From Scenedesmus sp. PABB004 (Eukaryota): a stretch of 64,000 nucleotides of DNA. The first letter of the stretch is position 1; every line of letters begins with the position of its first letter. A program made the translations under genes and the position numbers. The stretch is from the NCBI GenBank assembly GCA_014905635.1, contig JABVCE010000012.1:992001-1056000 (forward strand), written 5' to 3'. The notes beneath the pieces were generated by a model that did no database searches, was not told the origin of the DNA, and saw only the letters and a list, made by a program, of their open reading frames with translations. Shown here piece by piece: positions 38,805 through 50,161 of the stretch.

Positions 38805-40075
38805 ATGCTTGCGTCCGCGTCTCGTGCGGTTGCCCGCAGCTCCCGCGTCGTCGTCGCTCGCGCCAGCCGCGCCAGGTGCGTGGGGGCCGCGGGCGCTCTC
38901 GCAACAGCTGGCCAGCGCCGCGATCAGGCCGCCCGCGGCGCGGGAGGGCCTCCTCGGCGCGCCTGGGCGATCGCGGCCGCGTAGATCGTCGCCGGCAGCA
39001 GCCCGCGCCGCGCCGCGCCCGGGCCGCGCCGCGGCGCAGCGGCCCGGCCGCAAGGCTGGGGCTGGGGTCCCCCGGCGCAACGCGCCACCGGCTGAACCCG
39101 GCGGTGGCGGCGCGGCGGCGGCCGGCAGCAGCGGCCGGTGCCGGCGGCAGCGGCCGACGGCGCCGCCGCGCCGCCGCACGCAGCTTCCGCCGCTTCAACG
39201 CGACCATCAAGATGGGCGTGACCAAGGAGACGGTCAAGGCCGGTGCGCGGCCGCCGCGGGGCCGCGCCGGCGGGGCCGCGCCGGCGGGGCCGCGCGCGGA
39301 TCGCAGGCGCGCGGCGCTGGCGGGCGCGCCCCCGCCGACGCGGCCCCGCCGCCGCCGTCGCGGCGCGCGCGCCCGTGCGGTCCCCAGGTGACGGCGTGAC
39401 GTTCCCCAAGACCGGCCAGAAGGTCACGGTCCACTACACCGGCACCCTCACCGACGGTGTGCGCCGCGGCGGTCGCGCGCCAATGGCCGACCTCCGCCCG
39501 CGCCCGCGCCCGCGCCCGTGGCTGACGCCGCGCCGCCGCGCCGCCGCCGCGCCGCGCAGGCAAGAAGTTTGACTCGTCCCGCGACCGCGGCTCGCCGTTC
39601 GTGTTCCAGATCGGCGTCGGCCAGGTGGGTGGGCGCGCGGCCGGCGCGCCGCGAAGCGCCGGGCGCGGCGCGCGGCCGCGGATCCGCCCGGATCCGCGCC
39701 GAGCCCGCCCGCCTGCGCGCGCTGCCGCCGCCGCGCCGAGCGCGCCCGCCTGCCTGCACGCACGCTCGCGCGGCGCGGCGCGCAGGTCATCAAGGGCTGG
39801 GACGAGGGCGTCGCGCAGATGAGCGTCGGCGAGCGCGCCAACCTCACGTGCAGCCCCGACTACGCGTACGGCAGCCGCGGCGCCGGCGGCGTCATCCCGC
39901 CCAACGCCACGCTCGTCTTTGACGTCGGTGCGCGCCCCCGCGCCGCGCCGCGGCGGCCGCGGCCGCGGGCAGACACAGCGCGCGACGCCGCGCCGCGCGC
40001 ACCCCAGCGCACGCGCGCCGCCGCCGACACCCCCCCCCGCCGCCGCGCCGCGCAGAGCTGATCTCCATTTCGTGA
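38805..40075 (+). CDS. FKBP12: FKBP12-type peptidyl-prolyl isomerase with an upstream presequence exon (second in-frame ATG at 39212)
   Basis: [108 protein letters not shown]. Exon 38805-38875 splices in frame to 39184. Confidence 0.93.
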
Positions 40076-40350
40076 GAACGCCGGCGGCGTCGGGGCGGCC
40101 CGCCTGCACTGGCACGGCTGCGCGGGGGCAGCGGGCACCGCCCACTCTCGACGCCGGCGCGGTCTGAACGCGCGCCGCCTGAAACGCCGAGCCCTGTGTG
40201 AGCGCAGCGCACTCCCGTCGACGTCACGCCCGCCGCACACCACGTGCGCCACGAGCCTCCTCCCTGCCACGAGCTAGCAGCGCCTGCATCTCGCGCCGCT
40301 TTCGCCGCAGCGCCGCGTCCCGCCGAGCGCGCGTTCACTCGCAAAGCGAG

Positions 40351-41681
40351 ATGCAGGCGCTGCAGCAGAGTGCTGCCAGCGCGACGCGCTGCCGGCGCAC
40401 CTTCCAGGCAGGCGTGGCGCCCGGGGAGGCCGGCCATCAACGCACCGCATGCCGCGCCCACGCCTACGCAGCCGTGAGCGCGCATTGCTGGCTGCCGCGG
40501 CCCTGCGTGCTGCTGCCAGGTCTGACCAACCCACCGCCGCTCGCAGGCCGCGTCGGCGCCTCACGGCCAGGCCAGCCGGCGGGCGCTGCTGCTGGGCGGC
40601 GGCTCGGCGCTGCTCGGCGGCGCGCTGGCGGCCCCGGCGCCCGCGCTGGCGGTGAGAACACCAGCACCGCGGCCTGGCCGAGCCGCAGGGCTGCCAGCAG
40701 CCGCGCTGGGGGACACGCCAGCGCGCCGCGGCCTGGCTGGCGGCGCTGGCCGCGCGCCACCACCACAACACGCGCACCCGCCGCCCCTGCCCGCGTGGCC
40801 GCGGCGCGCAGGGCATGGATCGCTACGTGAAGCGCAAGAAGCTGGACCCGCTGGACACGTACGTGCCGCTGGTGCTGGAGGCGCGCGAGCGCCTCGCCTC
40901 GCTCGACACCATCATGGGTGCGCGCCCCGCGCGGCGGCAGCCGGCCCCGCCGGCGCGGCGCCGGCAGCCGACCCGCGCCGCGCCCGCGCCCGCGCCGCGC
41001 AGTCGCCGACCCGAGCGTCGCGCGGCAGCTCATGCGCTCGGGGCCGTTTGCGGGCCTGCGCGACAACATCCGCGCGCTCGGGCAGTACGCCGCCACGCCC
41101 GTGGGTGCGCGGCGCCGCCGCCGCGCCTGGCGCCGCGTCTGGCGCTGCCGCGCGCCCGCGCGCGCCGCCCACGACCCCAACCCGCGACCCGCGACGCTCG
41201 CGCGCCGCGCCCGCGCGCCGCGCGCGCCAGCCGAGGGCGGCTCGGGCCTGCCCGAGCGCGAGGCCGACGCGCTCGTGGGCAGGTTCTTCCGGTCGCTCGA
41301 GGACTACGACCTGCTGCTCTACAACGCGGGTGCGGCGGCGCAGCGGCGCGGCGGCGCGGCGCGGCGGCGCGGCGGAGGGCGGGCGCGCGAGGCGCGGCCG
41401 GCGGCGGCGCTGCGAGCCTGGCCGCGCGCGCCGCCCGCGCCGCCCGCGCAGTGCGCGAGGCCAAGGCCGCGGCGGCGAAGCAGGCGCGCAGCAAGGACGA
41501 CGACGCGGTGGTCGCGGTCGACCCCGCGGTCGGGCTCGACGCGCCGGCGGCGGGCAAGAAGCTCGCGGCCGCGGTGGCCGCACTCGACGCGCTCGTCGCG
41601 ACGCTGCCGGCCGCCGAGCTCGAGCGCGGCCGCGCGGTGCTGGAGCGCGTGGCCGCCAAGGCGAGCGCGGCGGGGCTGTGA
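40351..41681 (+). CDS. Thylakoid-lumen (Tat-targeted) conserved green-lineage protein of unknown function
   Basis: Transit peptide, then SRRALLLGGGSALLGGALAAPAPALA (twin-Arg plus AxA site). The mature part DRYVKRKKLDPLDTYVPLVL...RSGPFAGLRDNIRALGQYA resembles, from memory, an uncharacterised plant plastid protein. Confidence 0.8.
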
Positions 41682-42621
41682 GCTGCCGGCGAGCTGCGCT
41701 GCTGCTGCTAAGTGCTTGCTAGCTGGTAAGCGCACGGACGGCGGCACGCTCATCGGTCACCTCGGTCGCAATCAATCAATCCCCCGCCCCGCCCGCCTGC
41801 GACGTCGTCGTTGACCGAAACGTGCGGTGCGGTCATTGGCCGTGCCCGCGCGCGGCGCAGCCTGCGCGGCCGGCCGCGTCTCTAGGGAGGCCGCCGGGGA
41901 CAGATCAAGCACGGCCCGCACAAGCGCAGGGCCTCTAGGCGCGCCGCCGCATGGGCGCGCGCGTGCCACGCCCGGCGCCGCCGAGGGCAGCCGGCGGCGG
42001 GGGCGCCCCCGCTCGCTCGCTTCATACCCGCCGGTCAGGGTCTGCATCGTCAGCCGGTCAACGTCTCACCACAGACAGACAGACAGATGCACGCCGGAGC
42101 GTTGTAAGAGGGGAGAGAGACAGGGGCGCGCGCGGTCGCGCGCGACCGCCGCGCGGCGGTGCATTTAGGGCCGTCCGAACCCCACGAGCTGTGCACGCAA
42201 CAGGGGGATCCACCAGCAGTGCGGGAACCGTCGTTTATGGGGCTGGCGCGTGCACGTTGTTGTTCAGGCCCGAGGCCGCAGTGAGCGCGCGGCGCGCCGC
42301 CGCGGGGCGGGGCGGCATGCGCCGCCGCGCCGCGCGGCGCCGCGCCAGACGGCCTGGCGCGGCGCGGCGGCGATGCGCGCCCCTGTCAGCCCCTGCGCGC
42401 ACGCGCCCGGCGCGCGCAGGCGCCAGGGCCAGCTCGTGCCCGGCGCCGGAGCTCTCGCGGCGCCAGCCTGGCCGCCGGGCCGCCGCGGCGCTTCCGGGGC
42501 CGCCTCAGGCACGCAAGTTGCGCCGTCCCGCGGCGCCGCGGGGCCGGGGGACGGCTGCCGCGTCGGGGCGGGGCGCTGGGCGCGGAAGCTGCTGCCGCCC
42601 GTGGCCCCTCCCTCGCGGCGT

Positions 42622-42888
42622 TCACCAGTCGACGTCTGGCAGGCTGCTGGTGGAGAACCGGGCCTTGCGGCGCGTCTGGTCCTTGTTGCCGACGAGGTCG
42701 CAGTCCTCGACCTCGTGCGGCGCCTCCGGGCTGGGGAAGGGCCGCCAGTGCGGGCTGGCCTGGTCCAGGACGCGGGGGCTGATGAGCATGTCCATCGTCA
42801 GCGCGGTGGGCTGCTGCAGCGCGGCCGGGGCGGGCCGGTGCAGGCGCCGAGGATGGGGCAGCGGGGGCTGCGCGCCGGGGCTGTCCAT
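42622..42888 (-). CDS. Small hypothetical protein (about 88 aa; 5' end uncertain)
   Basis: MDSPGAQPPLPHP...DMLISPRVLDQASPHWRPFPSPEAPHEVEDCDLVGNKDQTRRKARFSTSSLPDVDW*. Third-position G/C bias resembles neighbouring exons. No family recognised. Confidence 0.5.
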   Translation of the reverse strand: MDSPGAQPPLPHPRRLHRPAPAALQQPTALTMDMLISPRVLDQASPHWRPFPSPEAPHEVEDCDLVGNKDQTRRKARFSTSSLPDVDW

Positions 42889-43551
42889 GGCGAGGGCGTG
42901 CGCGCTCGACTCGACGGCGGAGCTCGCGGCGCTGCGAGGGCGCGGTGCTCCAGGGGCTGGGGCGCGGGCAGCGCGCCGGGCGGGGCCGGGGCGGGCGCGA
43001 CAGGCGCTGAGTCGGGCTGGGGGGCTGCGGGCCGCTGACTGGGCGCGGAGGTGGTGCGCGAGAGTCTTGCGCGGGGCGGGGGCGCCGGCGCGGAAGGTGG
43101 GGAGCAGAAATGGGCGAGCGGGTTCGAGCTTTCGAAACATGTTGACCCGCCAACCCTGCGCCGCCTGCGTCCGGGCGCGGGTGCCGCAGCGTCAATTGCC
43201 CCAGCGCGGTTACCTTTGCCCATGGCCGGCGGCCGCGGCCGGGGGGCGCACCGCGGCCGGGCGCCGTTTCTGGCGATGCGCACGCCCGAGCTCAACAATG
43301 CGCGGCCTGCCACCCGGCCCCCTGGCGCCGCGGTAGCCCGCGATCGATCCCTGGGGGCTGTCCAGCTGCGCGCGGCGTCGGGCCTGCCGGCGCGCCGCGC
43401 TGCGCGGCGCCGCGCTGCGCGGCGGCGCAGCCGCGGCAGCCCGGTCCCCCGGCAGCTCGCCGCAGGCGGCGCGGCCGCTGCTGCTCCGATTTCCGGCGAG
43501 CTCGGGCAGGCTGGCGGGCAGCGCTGTTGCCTGAGCTGCGCGCGCTGCAGA

Positions 43552-44466
43552 TTAAGTGCGCTGCGCGCTCTCGCCGCCGCCGACCCCTGCTGCCCCCCCG
43601 CCGGTTGCCGCCGCCGCCACCGCCGGCGCCTCCTCAGCAGCGACGGCCGAGCCCGTGATGCCGCGCGCGACCGCCAGCAGGCCCGCGGCCGGCCGCCAGC
43701 GCGGCGCGGCCTCGGCCGCCGCGCGCGCCGCGTCGGTGAGCCACCGAACGCCGGGCTTGCTCGGGTCGGCCCAGACCATGTCAAAGGGGCCGTCGAACCG
43801 GATGTAGAACACGGTGTCCGCGTGGTACGTCGCAGAGTGCACCTGCCCGGCTGCAGCGGCGCGGGCCGCGGCGCGCGCGCGGTCGCGCGGCGCGGACCGC
43901 GCGCCGGCGCGCGGCGGCGGCGGCACAGGCGGCCGGCCGGGCGCGGCCCAGCTGGCTGCAGCTGGGGCGCGCACCGGGCGTGTAGGTGTAGCCCCACGGC
44001 CCCATCCGCACCGACCGCCCCGTGGTGAGGTTGGCGAAGGTCTTGTCGCCGCTCAGCACGAGCAGCGCCTGGCCGTGGCTGCGGCGGCGGCGCGGCCGGC
44101 GGCAGTGGGCGCGGCTGCCGCAGCGGCGCGGGGGGAGCCAGCTGCGAGCAGCCGCACCTGTGGTGATGCGGCGGCTCCATGCAGCCCGCGGGGAAGCGCG
44201 CGAGCGCGCACGTCTGCGGGGCGCCCGCCGCACAGCGCACGCTGGGCGGCGCGCGCGGCGCGCGGCATGCCCCGGCACTGCCGCCGCGCCCGGCGCCGCG
44301 CTCTGCGCACCGGGCCGCCCTCCGCCGCCGCGCCGGCGGCGGCATGCAGGTTGCACCACACGCAGCTGTCGTGTCCCATGGCCGCGAGCGGCTCCCACGC
44401 CAGCGGCGACTGGCCGTCCGTGATCACCGCGACCGCGGGCCCCGCCGTCGACGCCAGGGCTGCCAT
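43552..44466 (-). CDS. RmlC-like cupin protein (DUF4437/ChrR-like), 4 exons
   Basis: Spliced: ...TCALARFPAGCMEPPHHHS|HGQALLVLSGDKTFANLTTGRSVRMGPWGYTYTPA|GQVHSATYHADTVFYIRFDGPFDMVW. The cupin motifs PxHxH and PAGxxH are present and exon phases are consistent. Confidence 0.82.
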
Positions 44467-44885
44467 CGGCACGGCTCTAGGGCGACACAAGCGACACGAG
44501 CTGCTGCCGAGCTCTCGGGCAGCTGCCGTCGAGCCCGCGGCGTCGCCAGGAGGCGTGGCGGCGGCGTGGCGGCGGGGCGAGCGATTCTGTGAACGAGCTG
44601 CTGCGTCACAGCGCCAGCGTGCGTAAGTGGCCGTCCTTGAGTGTGCGGTCGCCTGGCAGCGGCGCCGGTGCGCAACCGCCGCGACTGGCGGTTGAGCGCT
44701 CCAACCGCAGCCGGCGCTGCCCGCCGGCCTGCCCCGAGTTGCCCCGAGCTCCGCCGGCCGTCGAGACAGCGCTCGCGCCACCTGCCGCGAGCTGCTGGGG
44801 TCCGGGCCGCGGCTGCGCCCCCGACCAGGCGCGGTGCGCGCTGCCGGCCCCGGCGGCGCCGAACGACAGCACGCGCTGCGGCCGG

Positions 44886-44890
44886 TTACA
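44886..44890 (-). terminator. Putative poly(A) signal TGTAA for CCT5
   Basis: ttaca on the plus strand about 220 nt downstream of the CCT5 stop. Confidence 0.55.
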
Positions 44891-45109
44891 GCCCCCGACC
44901 GGCGCGCGCTGCCATGTACAGCTCTGCACAGTCTCTGGACACGCGCGCCGCGAGCGCACCGCCCGCAGCACGCGCGGCGCCCGCGCGCCCGCCGGCCCGC
45001 CCGCGCCGCGCGCGCGGCTGCCGTCGCGGCAGCCCCGGCGGCGGCGTGGCCCCGGGGGCGGGGCGCGCGCGCGTGCGGCCGGCCGAGCCCCTGCGCCTGC
45101 TCGTCCGGC

Positions 45110-46836
45110 TCAGTCGTACTGGCTGGGCTGGATGATGTCATCCACCTTGAGTATCATCTTGCACACCTGCGCGCAGCGCGCGCAGCGCGCCGCGGGGCGA
45201 GGGGCGGCGCGCAGGGGCCGGCGAGCGCAGGTCAGCCGCGGGCCGTGCGGCGTCCGCTGCCGCCGCCGCCCGTCCGCCGCGCGCCGCCGCCGCGGGCTGC
45301 GCGCGCCCGCGCCCGGGCGCGTCCCAGCGCGCCTGCGTGGCGAGGAAGAGCTGCTGCTTCTTGCCGATGAGGGTCTCGAAGACGTTCTGCGTGCGCATGT
45401 CGTTGGTGCCGACGTCATTGCAGTCGATGCCGAGGTGGGGGTTGGACTCGGCGAGCTGCCGCGCCTTGACCGCGGTGAGGCTCTCGATGCTCGGCAGCCC
45501 GCTGTTCTCCGCGAGCGCGAGCGGCACCGCCTCGAGCGCGTCTGCGGGCGCGCGCGGCGGCGCGGCGGCGCACGGCGCGGCGGCAGGCGGCGTCGGCGGT
45601 GGCGCGAGGTGCGCGGCAGCGCGGCGCGCGCCCGGCGTGGGCGGCAGCGCAGCGCGCGTGCGCACCCGCAAAGGCGCGCATCGCGTACTGCTCCACGCCG
45701 ACGACCTTGTCGGCCGCCGCCTCGACCGCGAGGCTGCACGCGATCTCGGCGGAGCCGCCGCCGTACACGATGCTGTTGTCGCGCACCTGGGAGAGGGCGT
45801 GGGGCGGGGCGAAGCGGGGCCGGCGGCGGCGTGACGCGGCGCGGAGCCGCGGGCGCCAGCGTGCCGCCGCGCGGCCGTGAAGCACCCCTGCCCCGCGCCG
45901 CGTTCCCCGCCGCGCCGCGCGGGCCGGCGTCGCCGCGCACCAGGTTGCGCGCAACGCAGAGCGCGTCGTGCAGGGAGCGGCGGACCTCGTCGAGGACCAT
46001 TTTGTTGCCGCCGCGCACCCAGATGGTCACGGCGGAGAGGTTGGGGCAGCCCTCGATCACGATCGAGCGGTCCTTGGTCGTGCCGTAGCCGACCTCGCGC
46101 ACCGACTTGGCAAAGCCGAGCTTGTCGGGCGTGAGCTCCTGGGGAGGAGGCAAGATGTGTGTGTGTGTGGGGGGGGGGCAGGCGCGGGTCGGCGCGCGCG
46201 GGCAGGGCCCGAGGGCGCGCGGGCGCGCTGCGCGGCGGCCGCGCCGCACGGGCCGGCGGCGGCGCCCGGCTGCGTGGCGGCGCGTGGCGGCTTGCAGCTG
46301 CCGCGCGCTGGGCGACCGACGTGCAGACCGCCACGTGCCGCCGCGCAGCGAGGCGCCGCGCGGCGCCGCCGCGGCCGCCGCCGCGGCCGCCGCCGCCGCA
46401 CCTCGAAGCGCGGCACGATGCGCGCGCCGGTGGCCATGGCGAGGAGCTCGATCTCGACGCCGCCGACCCAGCGGATCGCGGGCAGGCCGTGGTGCATGAG
46501 CAGGTGGTTGGCCTCGTCCTCAAAGCCCCACTGGCAGATGATGAGCCCCGCACCTGGCGCGTGTGCGGCGCCGCGGCGGCAGCGGCGGCGGTGCGTCGGC
46601 GGGCGCGCACGCCGAGCCGCGGCACGGCCGGGCGGGCGAGCACGTGCGGCGCGCTGCGCCGGCCGAGCCGCGGCGCGGCCGAGCCGCGGCGCGCACCCGC
46701 GGCCTTGCACTTCTGGACCATGTCCACAAAGTACTGCTGCTCCGCGGCGCGCAGCGACTCAAACTTCTCGACCGTGTCGATGTCCACCTGCGCCGCAGCG
46801 CGCGCGTGCAGCGCAGCGCGCGTGGGCCGCCGCCCC

Positions 46837-46872
<36 letters not shown>

Positions 46873-48461
46873 TGGCGCTGGGGCTGGTCGTGCCGGCGCC
46901 GCGCCGGCCAAGCAGCGCGCGCGCCTTGTGCTTGGTCTTGGGCTTGGGCGCCTCGAAGGGGCAGGTGAGGATCGCGATCTTGACGTCGTGCAGCTCCTTG
47001 GGCATCTGCGGGTGGCTGAAGTCCTTGTCGATGACGATCCCCTCCACCAGGCGCGTGTCCTCCATCGCGCCGCCGACCTTGCCCTCCACCTGCGCGGCGG
47101 CGCGCGGCGGCGCGGCGCGGCGGGCGCCGCGCTCAACAACGGCAGGCGGCAGCGGCAGCAGGAGCAGCGGCGGCAGCAGGCGTGCTGGCGGCAGCAGGCG
47201 TGCTGGCAGCAGCGGCAGTGGCGGCGGCAGCGCCAGGCGGGCGCGCCTTGATGAGCTCCAGGTTGACGTCGCGGCGCGGCAGGTCGGCGACCGCGAGCAC
47301 CGCCTTGACGCAGATCTCGGCCATCTGGCGCTTCAGCCGGCCCACGCTGCGCGGCACGGCCGGCGACCGGCGGGCGCGCGCGCGTCGGGCGCTGCCCGGG
47401 CGGCGCTGGCGGCGCGCGCGGCGCGGCGCTGCACACGCACACTTTGCTGGAGAGCGTGGTCATGCAGGTCTGCACGAGCGGCTCGACGTCGGCGGGGTCA
47501 AAGTCCCACTTGGTCGCGATCGCGTCGAGGTGCGCCGTCGCGACCTTGCAGGCCATCTCGTAGCCCTCGGCGACGCGCAGCGGGTGGATGCCCATGTCCA
47601 GCAGCGACTCGGCCTGCTCCAGCAGCGAGCCTGCGGCGCGCGGCGGCGGCGCGTGGGCGGGGGCGCCGCGCCGACGCGTCCAGGGCGGCGTCGCGGCCGC
47701 GGGCGCGGCGCCGCGCCGGCGCCGCACCCGCGAGCACGACGACGCCGGTGGTGCCGTCGCCGATCTCGTGGTCCTGGCTCTTGGAGAGCTCCACCAGCAG
47801 CTTGCCGATCTGGTTCTGCACCTCCATCTGCTCCAGGATGGTCGCGCCGTCGTTGGCTGCGCGGCGGCGGGCGGCGGCGGCGGCACGCATGAGCGGGCAG
47901 CGCGGGGCGGCGCACGCGGGGCGGCGGCGCTGCACACGACGGTGGCAGCGCGCCGCGACAGCAGCGCGCCGGGCCCGGCCGCGCGCCGCGGCAGCGGTCG
48001 GTTGCCGCGGTTGCGCGCGCAGCAGCGGCGGCGCCGCCGCCTCAAGCCGCCGCTGCGCGCGCGCCCGCGCGCCCGCCGGGGCGCTCACTGATGGTGACGT
48101 CGCCGTCGGGACTCTGCAGCATCTTGTCCATGCCCTTGGGCCCCAGCGACGAGCGCAGCGTGCGGGCGACGCTCTTGGCAGCCAGGATGTTGGCCTTCAC
48201 CGCGTCTATGCCGCGCAGCCGGCTCTTGCTGGCTTGCTCCTGGGGCGCGGAGGCGCGCACGCGGCCCGATCAGCACGCACGGGCCGCCGCCCGCCGGCGT
48301 GCGCGCCGGGGCGCGGCGCCGCGAGCTCCGGCGCGCGCGCCCCTGATGCGCGCCCGCCGCGCGGCGCCCGCGCCCCGACGCCTCGCCGCCGCTCGCGAGG
48401 GCCACAAACGCACCCGCAGGATGATGAAGGGCCGGCCATACTCGTCAAAGGCGAGCGACAT
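45110..48461 (-). CDS. CCT5: T-complex protein 1 subunit epsilon (cytosolic chaperonin CCT5), multi-exon
   Basis: [82 protein letters not shown], and the C-terminus [16 protein letters not shown]. Confidence 0.98.
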
Positions 48462-48942
48462 GGCGCGGCCGGGCCGATGCTTCGGCGCGCCGGGCGCAGG
48501 GGCGCCGGGTGCGGCTCAAACGCGCGCCACGAGCGCCTGGCCGCGATCTGCGCGGACACGGCTCGCGCGAGGCCGCTGGGAGGCCGGCAGCGCGCGCGCG
48601 CGCTTGGCGCCAAAAGGCCCCGCGTCGTCACGGAACGCGCGCTGCGGGGAGGCGCGGGGCGGCTGCTGACCGGCGGTGAGCGGCTGGGCGTGGGAAGATC
48701 GGCGCGCGGGCCTTTCCGGCGTGCTCGCCCGGGGAGGCGGGCGGCCAATCAATCTGGAGCCGCAAACCCCACCTGACAGGCTTGCCGGACCGCTTCCCGC
48801 CCGCCAGAGCGCCGCCCACGCGTCACTGTGCATCACCGGCCCGGGCACCGAGGCCGCCAGGGCAGCAGCAGGCCGCAGGCCCGCGCCGGCTCTCGCGCAG
48901 CAGCAGCCCGCCCACCACCGCCCGCGCGGGCTCGGCATTGCC

Positions 48943-49746
48943 ATGCTCGCCGCGCACCGCGCCCCGACGGGCGCGCCGGCCGCGGCGGGCCGCGGATCCG
49001 GGGCGGCAGCAGCGCGGCGCGGCCCCGGCGCCGCAGCAGCAGCAGCAGCAGCAGCGGCGGCGGCGCGGCGGGGCGGCACCGCGGCAGCGGCCGCGGCGCT
49101 GACGCCCGCTGCGGCGGCGTCCACCCCCCAGCAGCGGCTGGGGCGCGCCGCCGCCGCTGGCGCGCCGCGCGGCCGCGGCGCGCTGCTCGCCGCGCCGCGC
49201 GCGGCGGCGCCCGCGGCGGCGTCGATCGACGCCGACGAGCTCGCCGGCCCGGACGCGCTCACGCCCGAGGTTTTTGAGGTGATCACGTACGCGCTCAAGC
49301 TCGCGTGGACGGCGGAGACGTACCACGTGCACTCGTGGATGGTGCTGCTCGGCCTGCTCAAGAAGGAGACGTACACGGCGTGCGCCGTCCTGCAAGACCT
49401 GGGGCTCGACGACCTCTACGGCGCGTGGAACGAGGTGCTCTGGGCGCTCAACGTCGCCGACGGCCTGCGCCCGCGCGCGTTCACGCCGCGCGTGACGTGG
49501 GGCGACCGCGCGGCGGGCATCGTGCAGGGCGCGGTGCGCTTTGCGGGCTGGGCGGGCCGCGAGCGCGTCGCGACGGAGGACCTGCTCATGGCCTTTGCCG
49601 CGAGCGGCGTGCTGGCGGCGCTATTCCCCGACCTCGACCTCAGCTTTGACCGCGTCAAGCGCGCCGTCGAGCGCGTGGGCGGCGTGACGTACGCGCTGCC
49701 CGGCTACGAGGGCGCCGCGCTCGACAGCACCGACATGTTCCTCTGA
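48943..49746 (+). CDS. Double Clp-N motif protein (plastid ClpT-like), intronless
   Basis: An Ala/Arg-rich transit peptide precedes two Clp-N-like repeats: LTPEVFEVITYALKLA...VHSWMVLLGLL and AAGIVQGAVRFA...VATEDLLMAF. TGTAA at 49843-49847. Confidence 0.75.
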   Translation: MLAAHRAPTGAPAAAGRGSGAAAARRGPGAAAAAAAAAAAARRGGTAAAAAALTPAAAASTPQQRLGRAAAAGAPRGRGALLAAPRAAAPAAASIDADELAGPDALTPEVFEVITYALKLAWTAETYHVHSWMVLLGLLKKETYTACAVLQDLGLDDLYGAWNEVLWALNVADGLRPRAFTPRVTWGDRAAGIVQGAVRFAGWAGRERVATEDLLMAFAASGVLAALFPDLDLSFDRVKRAVERVGGVTYALPGYEGAALDSTDMFL

Positions 49747-50161
49747 CCACCGGGCTGCTGCGCGTGGGCAGCCCGCGGGCCGGGCGGGGCGCGGCGGCGC
49801 ATGGGGGGCGCGTTGCGGCCGCGGCAGCAGCGGCTGCCGGCGTGTAAAGTGAGGCCGCGACGACGACCTGCCGGCCCGACGCGACGCGGCGGCGCGGCAC
49901 CGCGAGCCGTTGCCGCCCGGCCCCCGCAGCCCAGCCCACCCCCGACGCCCCCGCCACTCGCTCGTGGCACAGCGCCGCGCGCGTGCCGCGCCCCAGCCCC
50001 CCCCCCCCCCCCCGATCGCTCGCTCGCTCGCCAGCAGCCGCCTCTCCGCGCGCCACGCGCGGCCGCCGCGCGTGGCGGGCGCCGGCGCCGCGGCCGCCGC
50101 TGCGGCCGCGCGCGCCGCCCCCCCCCGCGCCGCGCGCCCTCGCGCGCCGCCGCCGCCGCGC

